A stretch of 40,503 nt of DNA, taken from the NCBI GenBank assembly GCA_023819665.1, contig JAMWCP010000003.1, forward strand, positions 1 to 40,503, in the 5' to 3' direction. Every line of letters starts with the position of its first letter. Position 1 is the first letter of the stretch. Below, piece after piece: positions 35,017 to 40,503 of this stretch. The translations under genes were made by a program, and so were the position numbers. This DNA comes from Candidatus Omnitrophota bacterium. GTDB lineage: Bacteria; Omnitrophota; Gorgyraeia; Gygaellales; JAMWCP01. Below the pieces are notes generated by a model, which was not told where the DNA came from, ran no database searches, and worked only from the letters and a program-made list of their open reading frames with translations.

Positions 35017-35135
35017 GAAAAGGGTTTAAAGAAATAATTATCCATTGGTTGACAAATCATCCTTGGCTTAAGCTCATTTCTTTAATTTTGGCAATTATCG
35101 CTTGGTTATATGTAGCAGGAGAAATAAAAAGGTAA
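35013..35135 (+). CDS. 40-aa membrane microprotein resembling the CdaR/YbbR N-terminal anchor
   Basis: MRKGFKEIIIHWLTNHPWLKLISLILAIIAWLYVAGEIKR*; ATGA overlap with the cdaA stop; ends 3 nt before pdxJ; not in ORF track. Confidence 0.8.
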   Translation: MRKGFKEIIIHWLTNHPWLKLISLILAIIAWLYVAGEIKR

Positions 35136-35138
35136 ACT

Positions 35139-35864
35139 ATGCCTAAACTGGGAGTAAATATTGATCACATTGCTACATTAAGGGAAGTAAGAAAAGGAAA
35201 AGAGCCACAGCCGGTTTTTGCTGCTCTTATCTGTGAGACAAATGGTGCAGATAGTATTGTGGTACATCTACGAGAGGACCGCCGACATATAAAAGAGGAA
35301 GATCTTTATTTATTAAAAAAAGTAGTAAGAACAAAACTTAATTTAGAGATGTCTGTAGCTAAAGATATTGTAGAGATCGCCTGTAAGGTTAAACCGCATC
35401 AGGCAACTTTGGTACCGGAAAAAAGAAAGGAGTTAACTACAGAGGGAGGATTAGATGTTATTTCTAATTTTAAGAAAGTAAGAGAGGTTTTTGAGAAATT
35501 AGGTAGAGAGAAAATCGAAGTAAGTTTATTTATCGATCCCGATAAGAAACAGATAGAATCAGCTAAAAAAATAGGCGTGAGAATGATTGAGTTACATACG
35601 GGTCGGTATGCAGATGCCGAAGATAAAGATTTGAAAGAAAGATATCTTTTAGAAATAAAGAAAGCAACCGAATTTGCTAAAAATATAGGCCTAATAGTTA
35701 ATGCCGGACATGGCTTAAATTATTATAATGTCTCTGCGGTTGCGCAGATAAAAGGGATTGAGGAATTAAATATTGGTTATTCGATTATCTGTCGAGCAGT
35801 TATTGTAGGTTTGGCTGAGGCCGTAAAAGAAATGAAGGCATTGATTAGCGATGATAAATATTAA
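35139..35864 (+). CDS. pdxJ: Pyridoxine 5'-phosphate synthase
   Basis: LGVNIDHIATLR, HLREDRRHI, TTEGGLDV, IELHTG, AGHGL. Confidence 0.97.
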   Translation: MPKLGVNIDHIATLREVRKGKEPQPVFAALICETNGADSIVVHLREDRRHIKEEDLYLLKKVVRTKLNLEMSVAKDIVEIACKVKPHQATLVPEKRKELTTEGGLDVISNFKKVREVFEKLGREKIEVSLFIDPDKKQIESAKKIGVRMIELHTGRYADAEDKDLKERYLLEIKKATEFAKNIGLIVNAGHGLNYYNVSAVAQIKGIEELNIGYSIICRAVIVGLAEAVKEMKALISDDKY

Positions 35865-36213
35865 AGGAATAGGTATAGATATAACCGAGGTAAGACGAAT
35901 TAAAACGGCTATTGAGAGATGGGGAGATAATTTTTTAGAAAGGATATTTACTTCTCGAGAACTCGACTTCGCTTCAAAACATCAGAATTTCTATCAACAT
36001 CTGGCAGGTAGATTTGCTGCCAAAGAAGCGATTTTTAAAGCTTTAGGAGATTTGGAACTTAGTTGGAAAGATATGGAAATTTTAAATAACTCAGAAGGAA
36101 AACCGTATTGTAATCTCTTAAATACCAAAGGGAAAGACGTAGAGATTTTTCTTTCTATTTCTCATATAAAGAATTATGCGCTTGCCCAAGCAGTTGCGAT
36201 TAAGAAAACTTGA
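35851..36213 (+). CDS. acpS: Holo-[acyl-carrier-protein] synthase
   Basis: GIGIDI, AGRFAAKEAIFKALG, GKP, SISH. Confidence 0.96.
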   Translation: MINIKGIGIDITEVRRIKTAIERWGDNFLERIFTSRELDFASKHQNFYQHLAGRFAAKEAIFKALGDLELSWKDMEILNNSEGKPYCNLLNTKGKDVEIFLSISHIKNYALAQAVAIKKT

Positions 36214-37033
36214 TTCTCATAAAAAAGATTTTGGGCATATATTTATTTTAGCAGGTTCTCCGAGGTTTTCAGGAGCGGCAGTTTTATGTGCTGAGGCTTG
36301 TATGCGTTCAGGCGCAGGATTAGTTACTTTAGGGATACCCAAAGGATTGAATAATGCAATCATAAAGATTAAACCTAAAGAGGTGATGACCCTTCCTTTA
36401 GAAGAAACCCAAAAGGGTAATTTAAGTTTTATAAATTATAATAAGATAAAGAGATTTTTAAGAGATATTGATGTGGTGGTAATTGGCCCCGGTTTAGATA
36501 AACATATTTCTACACAGAGATTAGTAAGAAAGCTTATCTATGAAATAAATAGACCTATGGTAATAGATGCCGATGGTCTTAATGCTTTAGTTGGACACCT
36601 CGATTTACTCCGTGTTCTTTGCTTCTCTACTCGTATACTGACTCCTCATCCTGGAGAAATGGCGAGACTTTTGGATAAGACTACAGAAGAGGTTCAGAGA
36701 GAAAGAAAAGATATTGCCAAATCGTTTTCTAAAAGGTATAATTGTATTCTTGTATTGAAAGGATACAGAACCGTTGTTTCGGAACCCAACGGAAGAGTTT
36801 ATATAAATAAGACGGGTAATCCCGGAATGTCTACCGCGGGAAGCGGAGATGTTCTCACAGGAATGATTGCTGCCTTTTTAGGGCAGAGATTAAATCCTTT
36901 TGACTCTGCTAAGTATGCAGTTTATATTCATGGATTAGCGGGAGATTTAGCAGCCAAGAAAAAAACACAGGTGGGAATGATTGCCTCAGATATTATTGAG
37001 AAGATTCCGGAAGCCATTAGTATTAGTTCGTAG
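36176..37033 (+). CDS. nnrD: ADP-dependent NAD(P)H-hydrate dehydratase (stand-alone)
   Basis: HKKDFG, GAGLV, IGPGL, IDADGL, LTPHPGEMARL, GSGDVLTG. Confidence 0.94.
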   Translation: MRLPKQLRLRKLDSHKKDFGHIFILAGSPRFSGAAVLCAEACMRSGAGLVTLGIPKGLNNAIIKIKPKEVMTLPLEETQKGNLSFINYNKIKRFLRDIDVVVIGPGLDKHISTQRLVRKLIYEINRPMVIDADGLNALVGHLDLLRVLCFSTRILTPHPGEMARLLDKTTEEVQRERKDIAKSFSKRYNCILVLKGYRTVVSEPNGRVYINKTGNPGMSTAGSGDVLTGMIAAFLGQRLNPFDSAKYAVYIHGLAGDLAAKKKTQVGMIASDIIEKIPEAISISS

Positions 37034-37042
37034 TTTATAGAT

Positions 37043-37114
37043 GCTGGCGTGGCGCAATGGCAGCGCAGCTGATTTGTAATCAGCGGGTTGGAGGTTCGAC
37101 TCCTCTCGCCAGCT
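37043..37114 (+). tRNA. tRNA-Thr(TGT)
   Basis: Acceptor GCTGGCG/CGCCAGC; anticodon arm GCTGA-TTTGTAA-TCAGC; TTCGACT T loop. Confidence 0.96.
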
Positions 37115-37117
37115 TAA

Positions 37118-37138
37118 ACTGAAAACTGACCACTGATA
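37118..37138 (+). repeat. Heptamer tandem repeat (ACTGANN)x3
   Basis: ACTGAAA ACTGACC ACTGATA between tRNA-Thr and tRNA-Tyr. Confidence 0.55.
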
Positions 37139-37147
37139 ATTAAATTT

Positions 37148-37234
37148 GGGCAGGTACCCAAGCGGCCAAAGGGGACAGACTGTAAATCTGTTGCACTTCG
37201 TGCTTCGGGGGTTCGAATCCCTCCCTGCCCACCA
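37148..37234 (+). tRNA. tRNA-Tyr(GTA)
   Basis: Acceptor GGGCAGG/CCTGCCC plus ACCA; anticodon arm ACAGA-CTGTAAA-TCTGT; long variable arm. Confidence 0.97.
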
Positions 37235-37258
37235 AATAAATAGGGATAAATTTTAAAG

Positions 37259-37738
37259 ATGAGACAAGTATTTATCCATATTAAGAAAAAAAAAGTTCTT
37301 TTAAATCTGCTTAAAAATGAGATTAAGAAATTCTATAAAGAAAATCTCGTATCTCTAGTCATCTTTGGTTCTTTTGCCAGGTCTGATTTCTTCTCGGATA
37401 TAGACTTGCTGATTGTCTGTAAGCGATTACCTGTCCATAGGATAAGACGTGTAGAAGATTTTATGCGGATAGAGGATATTTTGATTCGCAAGGGTTTTGA
37501 TTTTTTCTATTCACCCGTAATAAAGACTACAGAAGAGGTAAAGTTAGGCAGTCCTCTTTTTTTTGATATGATTGAAGATGCCATAATTCTCTATGACCGG
37601 GATAATTTTTTCAAGAATTATCTAAATATATTAAAGAAAAGATTGAATCAACTGGGTGCGACAAAAATGAAATATAAAGATTACTGGTTCTGGTTATTAA
37701 AAAAGGATTATCACTTAGGAGAGATATTTAGCCTATGA
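37259..37738 (+). CDS. Minimal nucleotidyltransferase (MNT), putative antitoxin
   Basis: LVIFGSFARSDFFSDIDLLIV pol-beta motif; GSPLFFDMIEDAIILYD; ATGA-coupled to the HEPN gene. Confidence 0.9.
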   Translation: MRQVFIHIKKKKVLLNLLKNEIKKFYKENLVSLVIFGSFARSDFFSDIDLLIVCKRLPVHRIRRVEDFMRIEDILIRKGFDFFYSPVIKTTEEVKLGSPLFFDMIEDAIILYDRDNFFKNYLNILKKRLNQLGATKMKYKDYWFWLLKKDYHLGEIFSL

Positions 37739-38154
37739 CAAATTTGGATTTAAGTAAAAGTTATTTAATAAAGGCAGAAAAAAGGCTTAAGATTTTAGAG
37801 GTGCTTTTGAGAGAGGATGATTATTCTGATGTAATAAGGGAGGCCCAGGAGATTGTAGAATTAAGCTTAAAAGCTCTTTTAAGATTCAAAGGAATAGATG
37901 TGCCCAAGATTCACGAGGTAAGTGGTTTAATTTTAAAATTTAAAGAAAGACTTTCTCCTTCCTTAAAGAAGAACCTGAGGCGAATAGTAAGGATTTCCCG
38001 CTACTTAAGAAAAGAAAGAGAATTAAGTTTCTATGGAGATATAGATTTTATTCCTACGGAGATGTATAGCCGGCTAGATGCACAGAAGGCAATTTTAGAT
38101 TCCCATTTTATTGTGAGAGTAGTAAAAAAGGAATTTTCTCATAAGTATAAATAA
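37735..38154 (+). CDS. HEPN domain protein, putative toxin partner
   Basis: YSDVIREAQEIVELSLKALL, PKIHEV, RELSFYGD, DAQKAI helical HEPN pattern. Confidence 0.9.
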   Translation: MTNLDLSKSYLIKAEKRLKILEVLLREDDYSDVIREAQEIVELSLKALLRFKGIDVPKIHEVSGLILKFKERLSPSLKKNLRRIVRISRYLRKERELSFYGDIDFIPTEMYSRLDAQKAILDSHFIVRVVKKEFSHKYK

Positions 38155-38165
38155 AGAGAATATCT

Positions 38166-38236
38166 GCGGGTGTAGTTCAATGGCAGAACAACGGCCTTCC
38201 AAGCCGTATATGACGGTTCGATTCCGTTCACCCGCT
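38166..38236 (+). tRNA. tRNA-Gly(TCC)
   Basis: Acceptor GCGGGTG/CACCCGC, U73; anticodon arm ACGGC-CTTCCAA-GCCGT; TTCGATT T loop. Confidence 0.96.
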
Positions 38237-38260
38237 CTTTTTACTATAATTTATCTAAAA

Positions 38261-38281
38261 ACTGATCACTGAAAACTAATA
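38261..38281 (+). repeat. Heptamer tandem repeat (ACTGANN-like)x3
   Basis: ACTGATC ACTGAAA ACTAATA downstream of tRNA-Gly. Confidence 0.5.
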
Positions 38282-38284
38282 ATT

Positions 38285-39043
38285 ATGGAAAGAGAATTTT
38301 TAAAACCCATATTCATTGATGCCTTTGATTTAGATGATGCATGGTTTCAGTGTTTGTCCAAGATTTTAGAAGAAGGTTATGTCTATACCGTAGAGCGGGG
38401 CAGTTATAAAGGCCAAAGACGTTTAGAATTTGATTTTGTGGTAGTAAGGGTAAGAAAACCTTCTCACCAGATAATTCCCATTATTCCGGAAGGGATGAGT
38501 ATTCCTGCTCCTACTGATATGGAATATATTCAAAGCTATTTGAATTATTTGTTAACCGGTGCAAAGACTGATACCGAAGATTATACCTACGGCGAAAGAC
38601 TTGTTGAGCCCAAGGTAAAGATAAAAGATAACTCTTCTGGTAAAGAGATGATTAAGGAGATTCCTCTGAATGTAAATCAGGTTGAGGAGATAATTCGGAT
38701 GTATAAGGAGCAGGGCTTTGGTACAAATCAAGCAATTATGGAAATTGGTATGCCTTCGGATATAAAATTAGTTGATCCTCCATGCTTAAGACTTATTGAT
38801 ACACGCGTGCGATATGGAAAACTACATTTTATCTTATATTTTAGATCGTGGGACCTCTGGGGTGGTTTCCCTTCTAATTTGGGAGGCTTACAACTTGTAA
38901 AACAGTATATGGCAGAAGAAATTGGGGTGGAAGATGGCGAGATAGTGGCGGTAAGTAAGGGATTACATTTATATGAATATAGCTGGGAGTTAGCCAAGAT
39001 AAGGACAATGAAGTATGATGTTAAAATAGGAAATGATAAATAA
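38285..39043 (+). CDS. thyA: Thymidylate synthase, divergent archaeal-like ThyA
   Basis: YTYGERL, catalytic PPCL, FRSWDLWGGFPSNLGGL, GLHLYE. Confidence 0.85.
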   Translation: MEREFLKPIFIDAFDLDDAWFQCLSKILEEGYVYTVERGSYKGQRRLEFDFVVVRVRKPSHQIIPIIPEGMSIPAPTDMEYIQSYLNYLLTGAKTDTEDYTYGERLVEPKVKIKDNSSGKEMIKEIPLNVNQVEEIIRMYKEQGFGTNQAIMEIGMPSDIKLVDPPCLRLIDTRVRYGKLHFILYFRSWDLWGGFPSNLGGLQLVKQYMAEEIGVEDGEIVAVSKGLHLYEYSWELAKIRTMKYDVKIGNDK

Positions 39044-40042
39044 ATGAACATAGCTGTATTAGGTGACGGCGGTTGGGGTACGACCTTAGCCATCCTTCTT
39101 AATAATAAAGGTTATAATCTTACGTTGTGGAGTGCTTTCGCTGATTACGCTTTATATCTGGATAAGAAAAGAGAGAATAAAAAATTTCTTCCCGGAATAA
39201 GAATTCCTGAAAATATAAAAATTACTTCCAATTTAGAAGAGGCACTTTTGGGAAAAGAGATAGTCATTTTTGCTATTCCTTCTATATACTTACGTTCTGT
39301 ATTAAAAGAGATAAAGAAGTATAAGATTACAAAGAGTATTTTTGTCAGTGCCACTAAAGGAATAGAGCGCAAAACCCTTATGCGTATGTCTGAGGTAATA
39401 AAGGATGAATTAAAAAATATAAAATTGAGTGTTCTTTCCGGACCCACTATTGCTCAGGAGGTAGCCCGCGGCGTTCCTACTACGGCGGTGATCGCCTCTT
39501 TTGATAAAAAAATGAATTCTTTTTTGCAGGAAGTTTTTATTACGGAAAGATTTAGAGTCTATACTAATGTAGATTTAATTGGAGTAGAATTGGGAGGTAG
39601 CCTTAAAAATGTGATTGCTATTGCCTGCGGAATTGCTGATGGTTTAGGCTTTGGTACCAATACTAAGGCAGCAATTTTAACCCGAGGACTCGTGGAGATT
39701 ACACGTTTAGGTGTAGCTATGGGAGCAAATTCTAAAACTTTTTCAGGCATAAGCGGTTTGGGAGATATGGCAACTACGTGTATGAGTTGTTTTAGTCGCA
39801 ACCGTTATGTGGGAGAGGAGATTGGTAAGGGCAGATGTTTAAAGGATATACTTAAAAAAATGGCTATGGTAGCCGAGGGTGTCTTTACCGCGGAATCCGC
39901 TTATAAGTTGAGTCTCAAATACAAAATAGATATGCCCATAACGAGAGAAGTTTATTTTGTCCTTTACAAAGACAAGCCTCCTCACGTAGCAGTGAGAGAT
40001 TTAATGTCGAGAGAGAGAAAAGATGAGATGACAGATGATTAA
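39044..40042 (+). CDS. gpsA: NAD(P)H-dependent glycerol-3-phosphate dehydrogenase
   Basis: GDGGWGTTLA, TKGIE, LSGP, LKNVIAIACG, GLGDMATTC, SRNR. Confidence 0.97.
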   Translation: MNIAVLGDGGWGTTLAILLNNKGYNLTLWSAFADYALYLDKKRENKKFLPGIRIPENIKITSNLEEALLGKEIVIFAIPSIYLRSVLKEIKKYKITKSIFVSATKGIERKTLMRMSEVIKDELKNIKLSVLSGPTIAQEVARGVPTTAVIASFDKKMNSFLQEVFITERFRVYTNVDLIGVELGGSLKNVIAIACGIADGLGFGTNTKAAILTRGLVEITRLGVAMGANSKTFSGISGLGDMATTCMSCFSRNRYVGEEIGKGRCLKDILKKMAMVAEGVFTAESAYKLSLKYKIDMPITREVYFVLYKDKPPHVAVRDLMSRERKDEMTDD

Positions 40043-40045
40043 TAG

Positions 40046-40074
40046 TTGAAGAATATAAATCTTTATGCTATACT
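40046..40074 (+). promoter_or_regulatory. Sigma70-type promoter for the 40100 gene
   Basis: TTGAAG (40046-40051), 17-nt spacer, TATACT (40069-40074) with TGn extension; AAGGAG RBS. Confidence 0.55.
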
Positions 40075-40099
40075 TACTTATAGAAGAAGGAGTTAATTA

Positions 40100-40345
40100 A
40101 TGCAAATAAAAAGAATTAAAATTATAAGTGTTATTTTAATACTTATATTCTTAGGAAGTGTACTTTTTGTTGTTATAGCTAAAGAGAATAACCAGAAAGA
40201 AGAAAGCGATATTTTGGAACCCCCCTCTATTTCTAAACTTCCTGAACTTTCTGTTTTTAAACCGGTAGAGAAAGAAAAGGATAAGATTGTCACTCGCTTT
40301 ATCTTGTGCGAACCTCTAATAGCTACCCCTATTGAGACCGAATAA
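40100..40345 (+). CDS. Small exported or membrane-anchored hypothetical protein
   Basis: Basic N-terminus, hydrophobic helix, low-complexity tail; has RBS and promoter-like elements. Confidence 0.65.
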   Translation: MQIKRIKIISVILILIFLGSVLFVVIAKENNQKEESDILEPPSISKLPELSVFKPVEKEKDKIVTRFILCEPLIATPIETE

Positions 40346-40385
40346 ATCCTCTTTTAACCATATTTTATTTAACAGAATAGTTTTG

Positions 40386-40414
40386 TTGCCAACTTATTTT
40401 CTTTTTGTTATAAT
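40386..40414 (+). promoter_or_regulatory. Sigma70-type promoter for purB
   Basis: TTGCCA (40386-40391), 17-nt spacer, TATAAT (40409-40414) with TGn extension; AAAGGAG RBS. Confidence 0.7.
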
Positions 40415-40441
40415 AAATTTCTCATCGAAAGGAGCAGAAAA

Positions 40442-40503
40442 ATGATCGAGAGATATTCTTTAAAAAGGATGAAGAGTATATGGAAGGAGGAATATAAATT
40501 TAA
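40442..40503 (+). CDS. purB: Adenylosuccinate lyase, 5' fragment running off the window
   Basis: MIERYSLKRMKSIWKEEYKF matches the MIERYS..EM..IW N-terminus of PurB; only 20 codons visible. Confidence 0.8.
   Translation, partial: MIERYSLKRMKSIWKEEYKF

Noticed and set aside
27146-35060. Minus-strand ORFs inside acsV, acsE, ftsH, folP and cdaA
   Set aside because: Antisense shadows with no independent evidence
38728-40293. Minus-strand ORFs inside thyA, gpsA and the 40100 gene
   Set aside because: Antisense shadows; the + strand genes have motifs or expression signals
1-40503. CRISPR array, rRNA, IS element or riboswitch (for example cobalamin upstream of acs genes)
   Set aside because: No repeat-spacer pattern, transposase or long structured intergenic RNA seen; intergenic gaps are short and AT-rich

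Overview
AT-rich bacterial chromosome segment in which every supported gene lies on the + strand. Gene content (diderm envelope genes, a type IVa pilus locus, Wood-Ljungdahl methyl-transfer genes) suggests an anaerobic, possibly thermophilic PVC-group organism such as Ca. Omnitrophota; this is inference. In order: 3' end of a TPR protein; exbB/exbD and a frameshifted TonB-like gene; a DUF2582 wHTH gene with a pilX-like gene; a type IV pilus operon led by an Xis/BldC-like HTH gene (fused pilM-pilN, pilO, pilP-like, pilQ, pilB, pilC, five pilins); tRNA-Ala(CGC); a signal-peptide-bearing AmmeMemoRadiSam B-A fusion; rsmE, mtaB, gatCAB, ctpA, yibQ-like, tsaD, mgtC; a bactofilin-HTH fusion with a membrane-anchored HTH partner; fmdE-like, acsC, acsV/RACo, acsD, acsE; dgkA; tRNA-Met; tilS, ftsH, extended folP, cdaA with a 40-aa mini-CdaR, pdxJ, acpS, nnrD; tRNA-Thr, tRNA-Tyr, an MNT-HEPN pair, tRNA-Gly; archaeal-type thyA, gpsA, a small exported protein and the 5' end of purB. 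The best candidate for an undescribed system is the bactofilin-HTH plus HTH-transmembrane gene pair, which shares its HTH family with the pilus-operon leader. No CRISPR array, integrase or transposase was seen. All family calls come from motif recognition by eye, not from database searches.
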